A stretch of 64,000 nucleotides of DNA from an uncultured candidate division Zixibacteria bacterium (GTDB lineage Bacteria; Zixibacteria; MSB-5A5; RBG-16-43-9), in contig OY970208.1 of NCBI GenBank assembly GCA_963713865.1, forward strand, positions 651,957 to 715,956, given 5' to 3'. Below, one piece after another: positions 50,254 through 60,736 of this stretch; the first letter of the stretch is position 1; the number at the start of each line of letters is the position of its first letter. The notes below the pieces were generated by a model that ran no database searches, was not told the origin of the DNA, and worked only from the letters and a program-made list of their open reading frames with translations. The translations under genes and the position numbers were made by a program.

Positions 50254-51219
50254 TTATTTCTTCCTCAAAAAATCCAACAGATTTTTCATATCCTCTGGCA
50301 ATTCCGATTCAAATTCCATATATTTTTCAGTTCTCGGATGAACAAAACCGATTTTTTTTGCATGCAGGGCTTGTCGGTCTATTAATTTCAAGACCTGATT
50401 AGCTTGAGTCTGCAAACTTTCCTTTATCATTCCAAGATGCTTTTTCCTGCCACCATATTCCGGATCGCCCATAATCGGGTGGTTCAGAAACAAAAAATGG
50501 ACCCTGATCTGATGAGTCCTTCCGGTTTTTAACTTTATGCGGAGACGATCTCCGAGTGGAAATCTTTCCAGTACTTCATATTCGGTAATAGCCTCCCTAC
50601 CGTCTTTTCTTAACACAACCATTTTCTTCCGGTCCTTTACCGATCTACCGATCAGAGTCTCAATTATACCCCTTTCCTTGGTGATATTACCCCAGCAGAA
50701 TGCTGCATATTCTCTGGTTAGAGTTCTTTCTTTAAGTTGAGCGACCAAACCATTATGGGCATAATCGTTTTTAGCCACAACTAAAAGTCCGGAGGTATTC
50801 TTATCCAGGCGATGGACAATACCTGGACGCAAAACCCCGTTTATCCCAGATAAATCTTTGCAGTGAAATAAAAGGGCATTGACTAAAGTATCTTTATAAT
50901 TCCCGGCAGCAGGATGAATCACCATCCCGACAACTTTGTTCACCACCAAAAGGTCTTTATCCTCATAAACAATATCTAAGGGTATATCCTGTGGCTCCAA
51001 AGATAATTTCTCGAGTGGTGGAATCTGAATGGAGATTTTCTCTTCGCCTTTTATCTTGTAATGCGATTTAACCATTCTATCCTGAACTAAAATCTTCCCT
51101 TCTTTGATCAACTTCTGAATCCGGGAGCGGGAGAGACCAAGCTCTTTCTCAGACAAGAATATATCTAACCTTTTGCCTTTATCCTCTGGTGCGGTTATTA
51201 ATTTAAGAAGCTCATCCAT
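50254..51219 (-). CDS. rluD: 23S rRNA pseudouridine synthase, RluD/RluA family
   Basis: 321 aa; S4 domain; catalytic HRLDKNTSGLL. Confidence 0.85.
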   Translation of the reverse strand: MDELLKLITAPEDKGKRLDIFLSEKELGLSRSRIQKLIKEGKILVQDRMVKSHYKIKGEEKISIQIPPLEKLSLEPQDIPLDIVYEDKDLLVVNKVVGMVIHPAAGNYKDTLVNALLFHCKDLSGINGVLRPGIVHRLDKNTSGLLVVAKNDYAHNGLVAQLKERTLTREYAAFCWGNITKERGIIETLIGRSVKDRKKMVVLRKDGREAITEYEVLERFPLGDRLRIKLKTGRTHQIRVHFLFLNHPIMGDPEYGGRKKHLGMIKESLQTQANQVLKLIDRQALHAKKIGFVHPRTEKYMEFESELPEDMKNLLDFLRKK

Positions 51220-51375
51220 TTAATTTTCACTGGAGTGTAAAGCCATCAAGGTCTTGTCCACAGGATCCTGGTGAAGACTTTAGCTTTACAATTTTCTTAT
51301 TATCTTTTATAAACCTAAAAGTTTATACTCCACCCTCTGGTAGCGTCCTTTTTCTGTGGTGACGATATACGTTTT

Positions 51376-51466
51376 TCGTCGTTGCGAGGAGTCCCGCCTT
51401 TGGCGTGACGACGAAGCAATCCGTACCTCATTGCGTGAACAGATTGCTTCGCAATGACAACTCAAA
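51376..51466. repeat. nested-palindrome repeat, G family
   Basis: tcgtcgttgcgaggagtcccgcctttggcgtgacgacgaagcaatc…gattgcttcgcaatgac. Confidence 0.8.
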
Positions 51467-51484
51467 TCTGCTTCGTCTGCTCCA

Positions 51485-52009
51485 TCAATCAGGTGTGAAT
51501 GCTCCTTTCCGGGGTCTTATCACATACCACAAAATCAATAACATTCCTATCGTTACTGCGCCATCTGCAACATTAAAGACTGGCCAGCGGTCTAAATAAA
51601 TGCCTGAGAAGTTTATATATCCGAATTTAATCGGGGGTATTCGAATATCGAAAAAATCAAAATCCAAAAAATCCAATACCTCGCCATATCTGAAGCGGTC
51701 TATAAGATTTCCTAAAGCCCCTCCTAAGATCAGGGGAAAAGTAAAATGTAAAAATTTTTCCTCTTTCTTGCTTTTGAAATAAAACCAGACCGCTACGATT
51801 ATTGCTAAAACCGAGAGGATGGTATAGAAGATATTGCTGCCTAACTTAGTTCCAAAAGCCCCACCGGGATTTAAAACATAGGTTAACCTAAAAAAATTGC
51901 CCAAAACCGGGATGGACTCACCCATTTTCATAGATGAGGACACCACAGTCTTGGACAATTGATCCAAAACCAATACCAACAGGCTAAACCATAAAAATTT
52001 TTTTCCCAA
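51485..52009 (-). CDS. lspA: lipoprotein signal peptidase II
   Basis: 174 aa; NPGGAFG, FNVAD motifs. Confidence 0.85.
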   Translation of the reverse strand: MGKKFLWFSLLVLVLDQLSKTVVSSSMKMGESIPVLGNFFRLTYVLNPGGAFGTKLGSNIFYTILSVLAIIVAVWFYFKSKKEEKFLHFTFPLILGGALGNLIDRFRYGEVLDFLDFDFFDIRIPPIKFGYINFSGIYLDRWPVFNVADGAVTIGMLLILWYVIRPRKGAFTPD

Positions 52010-52028
52010 TTCCTAAAAGCTAAAAAGA

Positions 52029-52418
52029 CTATTCGCTCTCCACCAGTTTCTTCTTCTCTTCCTTAGCCTTGCAATTGATACAGAGCCGTGCATGAGGGAC
52101 TGCTTCTAATCTGGTCGTATTTATCTCCTGATCACATTCCTGACACTTGCCGTAAGTTTTGTCTTTTATGCGGCGCAGAGCCTCGTCGATGTGATAGAGC
52201 AGTCTTCCGTTCTTGGAGGCGAAAAGAAACGCCTTTTCCCTTTCCATGGCATCGGTTCCCTGATCAGCCATATGATAGGAATAAGAGGACAGGTCTCCGG
52301 TGGAGTCCTTAATAGTTGTATCCAGAGCCTCCTTCTTCAAAAAACCCATCTCCGCTATCAGCTCAGCCCTTTTAGCCAGAAGGAGCTTCTCGTATTTTTC
52401 CAGATCTTTTTTCTTCAT
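52029..52418 (-). CDS. DksA/TraR family C4-type zinc-finger protein
   Basis: 129 aa; CQECDQEI...CINC zinc finger; coiled coil. Confidence 0.75.
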   Translation of the reverse strand: MKKKDLEKYEKLLLAKRAELIAEMGFLKKEALDTTIKDSTGDLSSYSYHMADQGTDAMEREKAFLFASKNGRLLYHIDEALRRIKDKTYGKCQECDQEINTTRLEAVPHARLCINCKAKEEKKKLVESE

Positions 52419-52421
52419 AAT

Positions 52422-55400
52422 TTAGATCCTGGTTACAGAGATTTCTGCTTTTTCTCCATTTATATCCCATTCTAAGGTGAGTTCTCCTTTCTCTCCCTTG
52501 TGGGATATAACCTTGGCTAAAGTCTCCTTTTTTATATAATCCTCAAAAGATTTTATAGCCTTTTCTAATCTTTCGGTTCCAATTATATTAACTTTAATCC
52601 GATCCATAACCTGAAATCCGGCCTGTCTCCTCATATTCTGTATCTTGTTCACTAACTCCCGGGCAAAACCCTCATCTTTTAAAGCCTCATTGATATACGT
52701 ATCAATCCCTACTTTGTATCCATCTCCGGACTCAACTAAAAGACCTTCTTTCTCTTTTTCTTCCAATTCCAGATCCTCTAAGGAAAGCTCAATCTTTTCA
52801 CCTTCTGATTCTACCTGAATTTTTTCCTGAGCTTTCAGCTCCTTCAGCTTCTCAGAACTTAAAGACCGTATAAGCTCAACCACCTGATTTACTTTCTTCC
52901 CGAACTTCGGACCCAGGCACTGGAACTTAGGCTTGGCTTTATAATCGACCAGAAATAGTTCATCCTGAACCAGGTTTATATGTTTAATATTTATTTCCTC
53001 AGAAATCAAGAGTAAAATTGGCTCAAGCTCATCTTTTTTTGCCCGCGGAGGGATTAATACGAACATCTTCTCCAAAGGCTGTCTTATCTTTATTCCAGCC
53101 CTGTTCCTTCCGGCACGGGCTAAGGATGCGATGATCCTGGCCTTGTCCATCCTCTCCTCTAATTTGAGATCGATTAACTTCTCCTTATAATCGGGGTAAT
53201 CCTCTAAATGAACGCTTTCATGAGTGCTATCAAACCTTCCAGCTAATTCTTGAAAGAGCTCCTCTGAGATAAAGGGAACAAAAGGAGCAATCAATTTAGT
53301 CAAGCTTACCAGAACCTCCCAGAGAGTTTGATAAGCACAATATTTATTTGAATCCAATCCGGATTGCCAGAACCTTTTGCGGTTTCTTCTCACATACCAG
53401 TTAGATAAATCCTCGATCACGAACTCCTGTATCTTCCTGGATGTCCTGGTAATATCATAATTATCTAAATCTGCTATCACTTCTCTGGTCAAAGAATTAA
53501 GTTTGGAGATAATCCACCTGTCGATCTCCGGACGATTCTTTACCTCGATTTTTTCCTTTTCAGGCTCGAACTTATCAATGTTAGCATAAAGGGCAAAGAA
53601 GGAATAGGTATTCCTCAGGGTGCTCAAGAATTTCCTTTCGACTTCCGTTACCCCCTCCATATCAAAACGGGTAGGAAGCCAGGGCTGGCTTACCCAGACC
53701 AGATACCATCTTAAGGCATCTGCTCCTTGATTATTCAGCACGTCCCAGGGATCAACCACGTTCCCGATATGTTTGCTCATCTTCTGCCCTTCTTTATCCT
53801 GTATGAACTCGATAACGATAACGTTCTTATAAGCCGGCTGGTCAAAAAGGAAGGTAGATATGGCTAAAAGTGAATAAAACCATCCACGGGTCTGATCTAT
53901 GGCCTCGCTTATAAACTCAGCCGGGAACATCTCCTTAAAATATTCTTTATTCTCAAAGGGATAATGAAACTGGGCATAAGGCATAGAGCCGGAATCAAAC
54001 CAGCAGTCGATAACCTCAGGCGTCCTTTTCATTAAACCCTTACATTTCGGGCAGGTTAAAGTTATTCCGTCTATCATCGGCTTGTGCAAATCTAATCCTT
54101 CAGGAACCTCTTTGCTCAAATCCTTTAATTCCTGAATACTGGCAACAGATTTCTCCTCACCACATTTCTGGCAGATCCAGATATTCAGGGGGGTTCCCCA
54201 GAACCTTTCTCTGGAGAGTGCCCAGTCGACGTTATTCTCCAGCCACTCCCCAAACCTCCCTTCTTTGATCTCCTCCGGATACCAGTTTATCTTCTTATTA
54301 TTAGAAATCAATTTATCTTTATAAGCAGTGGTCTTGATGTACCAGGATTTACGCGCATAATAAATTAAAGGGGAATCACATCTCCAGCAGAAAGGATAGG
54401 TATGCAGGTATTTTCCAGAATAGTAAAGGATTCCTCTTTTTTTCAAATCCTCCAGGATCAAAGGGTCAGCATCTTTTACAAATTTACCTTTCCAGGGGGT
54501 CACTTCATCTGTAAAACTTCCGGTAGAATCCACTGGTTGGACTAAAGGCAGGTTGTAAACTATTGATAAGTTGTAATCATCCGCTCCAAAAGCTGGTGCA
54601 ATATGCACAATCCCGGTTCCATCTTCAGTGGTAACAAAATCAGCCAAACAGACATAGAACGCTTTTTTCCGGTCTAATTTCGCATATTCAAACAGTGGGA
54701 AATACCTTATCTTTTCTAAGTCTTTCCCCTTAAACTCTTCTAAGATTTTATATTCACCTCGAATGACTTTATCTAAAAGTGGTTTTGCCAGGATTAATTT
54801 ATCTCCTTTATGTTCGATTTTAACATAATCGACATCCGGATGAACTGCTAAGGCAACATTGGAAATCAAAGTCCAGGGTGTAGTAGTCCAGACCAAGAAA
54901 TAGGTGTCCTCAAACTCCTCCAATCTTATTTTCACAAAAACCGAAGGATCTTCTACTTCTTCATAACCCTGGGCAACCTCATGGCTGGAAAGGGTTGTGC
55001 CGCACCTGGGGCAGTAAGGAACGATCTTGTGTCCTTTATAGATTAACCCTTTCTTATAATACTCTGATAAAATCCACCAGACCGATTCTATATATTCATT
55101 GGTATAGGTGATATAGGCATCTTTTAAATCCAGCCAGTAACCGATCCTCTCGGTCAGCTCATCCCAGTCCTTTAAATACCTGAAAACGCTTTCCTTGCAT
55201 TTAGCGTTGAAATTCTCAATCCCGTATTTTTCAACATCCTCCTTGGTTTTTAAACCTAATTCCTTTTCAACTTCAATCTCCACTGGAAGGCCATGCGTAT
55301 CCCAGCCAGCTTTCCTATCCACCCTGTATCCCCGCATAGTCTTGTATCTACAGATCAAATCTTTTATGGTCCGGGAGATAACATGATGAACCCCTGGTTT

Positions 55401-55559
55401 TCCATTGGCAGTAGGCGGACCTTCATAGAACACGAATTTTGGAGAATCCTTCCTTTTCTGGATGCTCTTTTCAAAGATTTTATTCTCCTTCCAGAAGGAT
55501 AAAATCCTTTTCTCCATCTCCGGATAGTTAAAATCTTCCTTTATCTCTTTAAATGCCAC
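52422..55559 (-). CDS. ileS: isoleucine--tRNA ligase
   Basis: 1045 aa; class I motifs (HHV-type HIGH, KMSKH); editing domain; ileS-lspA linkage. Confidence 0.95.
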   Translation of the reverse strand: MAFKEIKEDFNYPEMEKRILSFWKENKIFEKSIQKRKDSPKFVFYEGPPTANGKPGVHHVISRTIKDLICRYKTMRGYRVDRKAGWDTHGLPVEIEVEKELGLKTKEDVEKYGIENFNAKCKESVFRYLKDWDELTERIGYWLDLKDAYITYTNEYIESVWWILSEYYKKGLIYKGHKIVPYCPRCGTTLSSHEVAQGYEEVEDPSVFVKIRLEEFEDTYFLVWTTTPWTLISNVALAVHPDVDYVKIEHKGDKLILAKPLLDKVIRGEYKILEEFKGKDLEKIRYFPLFEYAKLDRKKAFYVCLADFVTTEDGTGIVHIAPAFGADDYNLSIVYNLPLVQPVDSTGSFTDEVTPWKGKFVKDADPLILEDLKKRGILYYSGKYLHTYPFCWRCDSPLIYYARKSWYIKTTAYKDKLISNNKKINWYPEEIKEGRFGEWLENNVDWALSRERFWGTPLNIWICQKCGEEKSVASIQELKDLSKEVPEGLDLHKPMIDGITLTCPKCKGLMKRTPEVIDCWFDSGSMPYAQFHYPFENKEYFKEMFPAEFISEAIDQTRGWFYSLLAISTFLFDQPAYKNVIVIEFIQDKEGQKMSKHIGNVVDPWDVLNNQGADALRWYLVWVSQPWLPTRFDMEGVTEVERKFLSTLRNTYSFFALYANIDKFEPEKEKIEVKNRPEIDRWIISKLNSLTREVIADLDNYDITRTSRKIQEFVIEDLSNWYVRRNRKRFWQSGLDSNKYCAYQTLWEVLVSLTKLIAPFVPFISEELFQELAGRFDSTHESVHLEDYPDYKEKLIDLKLEERMDKARIIASLARAGRNRAGIKIRQPLEKMFVLIPPRAKKDELEPILLLISEEINIKHINLVQDELFLVDYKAKPKFQCLGPKFGKKVNQVVELIRSLSSEKLKELKAQEKIQVESEGEKIELSLEDLELEEKEKEGLLVESGDGYKVGIDTYINEALKDEGFARELVNKIQNMRRQAGFQVMDRIKVNIIGTERLEKAIKSFEDYIKKETLAKVISHKGEKGELTLEWDINGEKAEISVTRI

Positions 55560-55582
55560 TTTGTATCACCTCAAGTTTATTA

Positions 55583-55650
55583 TATACGCAAATTTCATTG
55601 TCCTAAGTTGCACAAGTGAAACTTATTACAGGGTAACCGCTCCCTGCATA
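55583..55650. repeat. direct repeat flanking the HNH endonuclease gene (copy A, upstream of ileS)
   Basis: atatacgcaaatttcattgtcctaagttgcacaagtgaaacttattacagggtaacc versus 57174-57240 catatacgcaattttcattctcctaagttgcatactggaaacttactacaggctaaac (~80% identity). Confidence 0.7.
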
Positions 55651-55738
55651 AAAGAAGTTCCGCCGAAAACGGAATTTGGGTGAAGGTGCGAAGCACAAAC
55701 ACCGTGTTAGCTGAAGTATTTTTAATTTTCACTTTTCT

Positions 55739-57070
55739 TTAATAAATTGTATCCAATTTGCCTAAATTACATTCTTTACAAAGTGTCTGTAGATTATCAA
55801 AAGTTGTTTCTCCTCCATTTGAATATGGTATTTTATGGTCAATCTGTAATTCAATTTCAGGTGGTTTTCTTCCACATATCACACACATAAATTTATCTCT
55901 CTGCAAAACTCTAAAACGTAATCGAGGAGATGGAATCCTGGGAGTTTTCATTTCAATAATTTGAGTTTCTCCAGTTTTTTTTGCTTCAGTTGTTCCCTTT
56001 TGGGTTATCAAAGGGGTTACTTCTTGCTTATCCTCTTCAATATTCGTTTTAAACTCTTTATTTTCTGTATGCTCCTCATAATCACCTTTACGGTCATCAA
56101 CAAATGAATAAATTGCTTTCGTCCAGCTTCCAAATTTCTTTGCAAAAACACTCCGTGAAATTTGGCTATATTGATTCATTTCCCTCCATGTTGGCTGTCT
56201 TCCAAGCTTTTCCCAAATTCTTTGTAACTCAGAAAAAAGTTCCTCTCGTGAGTATTTTACATGACCGTCTTTCATACCAATCTTTTTTACGGCATTTTCC
56301 CAGCTACCAAAATGATTTTGAAAAGTTCCAATAGAATATTTGCCTCCATATTTTTTATAAGCTGAAAACTTCAATACCTTTAATTTATTTTTTTCAGCTA
56401 TTGTCTTTAATTGGGATAATAATAATTCAGGTGTAGCTTGACCTACCAATCCTTTTATATCATAACCAAATTTTAAACAAAATACTTCTACTGATTTTTT
56501 CCATGTTCCAAATTTTCGCTCGTAAACCCTCATGCTTATATTACTATTATCTCTAAATTCATCATAGGAAGGGCGTCTGCCGAACTTACCCCATACTCTT
56601 GACATTTCTAAAAATAATTCTTCTTCTGTAAATCCCCTTGGCTTAGGTTTAATAATTTTAATAATCTTTGGCTGTTTTTTCAAAGATAAAACATTTTCTA
56701 ACAGGTTCTGCCAGGAATTATGCCCTAAACGCTTTTTTAATGTTTCTACGCTATATTTTCCACCATTCTTAACATAGAAAGTCTGAGTAAAATACTTTCC
56801 TTGATTTAAGTCCTTTATTTTATTTAAATCTTTTGTCAAATCTATCGAGTTAATTGGTCCTCTCTCATATGGAAACCCACCTTTTTTCATTGCCTCTGGC
56901 CAAGAACCAAAGCGCTTGATTATAGTACTCGTATGAACTCTTGAATACCTATTAAAATCCCCTGTCTTTGGGGCTTTATTCATAAAATATGTAGATACTA
57001 CTCTCTTAATTTCAGCGATTATTGCTTCATCGCTATAATTTGTTAAACGATTTGGTTCGAAATTATTCAT
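55739..57070 (-). CDS. free-standing HNH endonuclease with N-terminal FGSW-repeat domain
   Basis: 443 aa; C-terminal HNH motif IDHKIPYSNGGETTFDNLQTLCKECN; four repeats of FG(S/T)WxxA; AT-rich; flanked by ~65-bp direct repeats. Confidence 0.75.
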   Translation of the reverse strand: MNNFEPNRLTNYSDEAIIAEIKRVVSTYFMNKAPKTGDFNRYSRVHTSTIIKRFGSWPEAMKKGGFPYERGPINSIDLTKDLNKIKDLNQGKYFTQTFYVKNGGKYSVETLKKRLGHNSWQNLLENVLSLKKQPKIIKIIKPKPRGFTEEELFLEMSRVWGKFGRRPSYDEFRDNSNISMRVYERKFGTWKKSVEVFCLKFGYDIKGLVGQATPELLLSQLKTIAEKNKLKVLKFSAYKKYGGKYSIGTFQNHFGSWENAVKKIGMKDGHVKYSREELFSELQRIWEKLGRQPTWREMNQYSQISRSVFAKKFGSWTKAIYSFVDDRKGDYEEHTENKEFKTNIEEDKQEVTPLITQKGTTEAKKTGETQIIEMKTPRIPSPRLRFRVLQRDKFMCVICGRKPPEIELQIDHKIPYSNGGETTFDNLQTLCKECNLGKLDTIY

Positions 57071-57173
57071 TGCAATTTTTTCAATTTAAAAATATTTCCG
57101 CTAACTTGTTCATCTCTGCATTGCCGATAAAAGCCTTACGGTTCGTAGAGCGAATATTATCCCATTTTAGGGG

Positions 57174-57240
57174 CATATACGCAATTTTCATTCTCCTAAG
57201 TTGCATACTGGAAACTTACTACAGGCTAAACATTCCAACT
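57174..57240. repeat. direct repeat flanking the HNH endonuclease gene (copy B, overlaps the 3' end of the CDF transporter gene)
   Basis: see copy A. Confidence 0.7.
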
Positions 57241-58117
57241 GCAAAGTGGTATGGGTAATGCCAAACTTCTCCTGCAAAATTCTATTTGCCTCTTTTAACA
57301 TCTGGTCGCTTTTGCTCACCATCTGGTCCTCTATAACTAAATGCCCGGATAAAGCGTAGATCCCTGAAGATATAGTCCAGAGATGCAAATCATGCACATC
57401 CTTAACTCCTTTGATCTTCTTGATCTCCCCAGCGATAGTTTCCGCATTCAGATGTTTAGGAACCGCCTCCAAGAGTATATTACTTGACTCGGTAATCAAA
57501 CCTATAGCCCCTCTCAAGATTATTCCGCCGATCAAAATTGCAACAATCGGGTCAATTAAATAGAATTTAGTAAAAAATATAATTATCCCTGCTACTATTA
57601 CTCCGATCGAAGACAAGGCGTCCCCTAAGATATGCAAGAATGCTCCTCTGATATTCAGATTACCCCTGCTTGAGCCTTTTAATATTAAGATCCCAATTAT
57701 ATTTACCACAAGCCCTAAGGTTGCAACTCCTAACATCAAAGGTGCTTTTATCTGCGGAGGGGCAAGAAAGCGTCTATAAGCTTCATAGAATATGTATCCA
57801 GAAATAAAAATCAAGGTTACTCCATTCAAAAGGGCAACTAAGATTTCCGTTCTGTGAAATCCGTAGGTTCTCCTGGCATCTGCCGGTCTTCTGGATAATT
57901 TTAAAGCAAAAAAACTCAAAGCCAGGGCTAAAGTATCGGTGAGCATATGCCCGGCATCACCGATTAGGGACAAACTACCGGATAATATCCCACCCAGAAA
58001 CTCCACTAAGGTCATCAGTGCAGTTAATAATAGAGGAATTACTAAAACCTTTGGCTCAGGTTTGAAATTATTGTTGTGATTATGCTCAGACATATTGATC
58101 TTTCGTAGCGTCCTCAC
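57188..58117 (-). CDS. cation diffusion facilitator (CzcD-like) transporter
   Basis: 309 aa; 6 TM helices plus C-terminal cytoplasmic domain; HxxxD-type motifs. Confidence 0.85.
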   Translation of the reverse strand: MRTLRKINMSEHNHNNNFKPEPKVLVIPLLLTALMTLVEFLGGILSGSLSLIGDAGHMLTDTLALALSFFALKLSRRPADARRTYGFHRTEILVALLNGVTLIFISGYIFYEAYRRFLAPPQIKAPLMLGVATLGLVVNIIGILILKGSSRGNLNIRGAFLHILGDALSSIGVIVAGIIIFFTKFYLIDPIVAILIGGIILRGAIGLITESSNILLEAVPKHLNAETIAGEIKKIKGVKDVHDLHLWTISSGIYALSGHLVIEDQMVSKSDQMLKEANRILQEKFGITHTTLQLECLACSKFPVCNLGE

Positions 58118-58218
58118 TTTTTGTCATTGCGAGGAGTCCACAGGACGACGAAGCAATCCGTCCCTCACAGAGTAAACAGATTGCTTCGTCTCGCCTTTGT
58201 GGCGGACTCGCAATGACA
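58105..58218. repeat. nested-palindrome repeat, G family (gtcattgcgag...gacgaagcaatc...gattgcttcg...ctcgcaatgac)
   Basis: copies at 50195-50239, 51376-51466, 58105-58218, 35652-35688; covaries with the H family. Confidence 0.85.
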
Positions 58219-58283
58219 AGAGAAGATGATAGCCGCAACCTTTAGGTTGCGTAAATCCTGATTTCGCAGGCTTAAGCCTGCGG

Positions 58284-59111
58284 CTACCACTTCAACTCCT
58301 CAACCACCTTAACTATAATCTTCTTCAGATTTGGCTCAGCCTTATTGGCTGTAGCTATTATCTCCTCTAAATTTGTCGGCTTTAAAGCATCTGGTAGCCC
58401 CATATCCGTGACAATCGAAAAACCCAGAACCTTCATTCCCTGATGCCTTGCTACTATAACCTCAGGCACAGTTGACATCCCAACCACATCTGCTCCAGTT
58501 CCTCTTAAAAATCTATATTCAGCTGCAGTTTCCAAATTAGGTCCGGCTACTGATACATAAACCCCTTTTTGCAATTTTGTGCCTAATTTCAATGCACAAT
58601 TTTCTGCTAAAGCGATCAATTCTTTATCATAGCAGTTATACATATCCGGGAACCTTGGACCTAAAAACTCATCATTTGGACCAATCAGAGGATTACTCCC
58701 TAAAAGATTTATATGGTCAGAAATAACCATTATATCTCCAGCTTTATATTGAGGATTCAATCCTCCGCAGGCATTAGAGACAATCAAAAGCTCAATCCCA
58801 AGGGCTTTCATCACCCGTAAGGGGAAGGTTACCTGCTGCATTGTATAACCTTCATAATAATGGAACCTCCCCTGCATAGCTAAAACCTTTTTATCTGAGA
58901 TTTTGCCAAATAAAAGCCTTCCAAAGTGGCTTTCCACAGTTGAGACCGGGAAATGGGGAATGTCCTGGTAATCTATCTTATGTTCTACTTTAATCCCTTC
59001 AGCTAAGGAACCCAGCCCTGTGCCCAGGATAATCCCTATCCGGGGCTTGTAATCTGCTTTTTTTAGAATAAAATCTTTTGCCTGTTTGATTTTTTCTTTC
59101 AGGTTTTCCAT
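58284..59111 (-). CDS. punA: purine nucleoside phosphorylase (PNP family I)
   Basis: 275 aa; GRFHYYEGY and VGMSTVPE motifs. Confidence 0.8.
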   Translation of the reverse strand: MENLKEKIKQAKDFILKKADYKPRIGIILGTGLGSLAEGIKVEHKIDYQDIPHFPVSTVESHFGRLLFGKISDKKVLAMQGRFHYYEGYTMQQVTFPLRVMKALGIELLIVSNACGGLNPQYKAGDIMVISDHINLLGSNPLIGPNDEFLGPRFPDMYNCYDKELIALAENCALKLGTKLQKGVYVSVAGPNLETAAEYRFLRGTGADVVGMSTVPEVIVARHQGMKVLGFSIVTDMGLPDALKPTNLEEIIATANKAEPNLKKIIVKVVEELKW

Positions 59112-59149
59112 TATTTACATCCGTTTTTTAAGATTCAAATTTCTTTCTA

Positions 59150-59345
59150 AGGTAGCGTACCCACTCTCGTCCTGCGGATCCGTTAATAGGATGAGGACGA
59201 GCATATTTCCCCTCCCTTGATGGGAGGGGATGAAGGGGAGGGTGAGATTATTTTTATTCCCCTCTCCCTAACCCTCTCCCACAAGGGGAGAGGGAATCAT
59301 ATCTCCGCTACCAGAGCAAGCCCTTGTTGGGCACGAGTGGCATCG
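59150..59345. repeat. composite GC-rich hairpin repeat, P family (ccctctccc...gggagaggg)
   Basis: ccctctccctaaccctctcccacaaggggagagggaat; related to the copies at 1393-1612, 3470-3640 and 36750-36975. Confidence 0.8.
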
Positions 59346-59900
59346 CTACCGTCTATCTCCTCTAAAATTTTCCTTCTTTTCAAACTGGTCAATCACCTTT
59401 TCCATCTCCTCATCTGATAAATCTTTTCTCTTTTCAGACCGAGATCCATCAGAGGATTCCTCTAAGCCCTCTAAAAGACTTTTATGCAGATCAAGCATAG
59501 ATTTAACCTTCAGGAGATACCCATCCTTCAGGTTTTTTAACTCATAAATCCCCCTCTTAAGATCGGACAGCTTCAAATTCGATTCCTCTAATAACCTCTG
59601 GCTTTTAAGCTTTGCCTCCCGGATTAATAGTTCAGCTTCCTTTTCTGCGTTTTTCTTAAGCTCGTCTGCACTTTTCTGAGTGGTGAGGATGACATTCTGA
59701 AGAGTCTCTTCCATATTCCTGTATTCGGAAAGCTTGTTTTCAAAGGAGGAAAGCTTCTCCTTTAAAAGATTAATTTCTTTTGTCCCCTCCTCAATCTCTC
59801 CTGCTAATATCTCTAAGAAACCATCCACCTCTAAGGGGTCATACCCCTTAAATTTCTTTTTAAACTTCTGATTCTTTACTTCAAAAGCTGTTATCTTCAT
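59346..59900 (-). CDS. DivIVA domain protein
   Basis: 184 aa; N-terminal FKKKFKGYDPLEVDGFLE DivIVA signature; coiled coil. Confidence 0.8.
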   Translation of the reverse strand: MKITAFEVKNQKFKKKFKGYDPLEVDGFLEILAGEIEEGTKEINLLKEKLSSFENKLSEYRNMEETLQNVILTTQKSADELKKNAEKEAELLIREAKLKSQRLLEESNLKLSDLKRGIYELKNLKDGYLLKVKSMLDLHKSLLEGLEESSDGSRSEKRKDLSDEEMEKVIDQFEKKENFRGDRR

Positions 59901-59926
59901 CTTTCACCTCCGGGATTTACTTGGGC

Positions 59927-60054
59927 TGTCATTGCGAGTCCGCCAAAGGCGGGTCATTCTGAGTCCGCAGGACGAAGAATCTTCATTTGAATCAACGAGA
60001 TTCTTCGGTCGTCTCGCTAAAGGCGGACTCCCTCAGAATGACAGGTTTTATTTT
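59927..60054. repeat. nested-palindrome repeat, H family, preceded by a partial G-family arm
   Basis: gtcattgcgagtccgccaaaggcgg + gtcattctgagtccgcaggacgaagaatc…gattcttcggtcgtc…ctcagaatgac. Confidence 0.85.
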
Positions 60055-60736
60055 CTGGGACCAAAAATAGCTGTCCCAACTCTAATCATATTTGCTCCTT
60101 CCTCAATCGCCATTTCAAAATCCGAGCTCATCCCCATAGAAAGATATTTCATCTCTACATTTTCCTTTCTCAAATTCTTCATGGACTCAAATATATTCCT
60201 TAACTTTACAAAACAGGGTCTTGCTTTTTCTAATTCATCCGTGAATAGACCAACGGTCATCAAACCTTTTATCTTTATATTCTCCAACCTCGACACTTCT
60301 TCCACTAATCCCGAATCTCACCCGGTTTAACTCCATATTTAGATGGCTCATTTGAGGTATTCACCTCAATTAAAACATCTGCTAACTTTCCCTTTTCTTT
60401 TGCTCTTTTTGATATCTCCCGAGCTAAATGCAGGCTATCTACGGACTGTATCAGATCAAAAAGCTCCAGCGCCTTTTTAACTTTATTGGTCTGCAGATGC
60501 CCAACTAAATGTTTTTCGACATCTCTTTTAATAAACTTGAACTTCTCCTCAGCTTCCTGAATACGATTTTCTCCTATTATCTTTATCCCGGCATCAATTG
60601 CCTCATTTATACTCTCCGGCTCAACGTTTTTAGTTACCGCTACCAGGGTTATATCTTCCCTTTTGCGACCTGATTTTATAGCCGCTTTCTTAATCCTCTC
60701 CTCTAATCTTTTTAAATTCTCAACTAAAGAGTTCAT
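60048..60736 (-). pseudogene. yggS: PLP homeostasis protein YggS split by a frameshift into 143-aa and 85-aa ORFs
   Basis: ORFs 60305..60736 and 60048..60305 abut out of frame; together they form a complete YggS/alanine-racemase-N fold (…KYGVKPGE | LVEEVSRLENIKIKGLMTVG…). Confidence 0.6.

Noticed and set aside
55560-55738. Possible T-box leader upstream of ileS
   Set aside because: The T-box consensus (AANNNGGGTGGNACCGCG) is not present on the minus strand. The only similar motif, gggtaaccgc, is on the wrong strand. The region instead contains the HNH-flank direct repeat.
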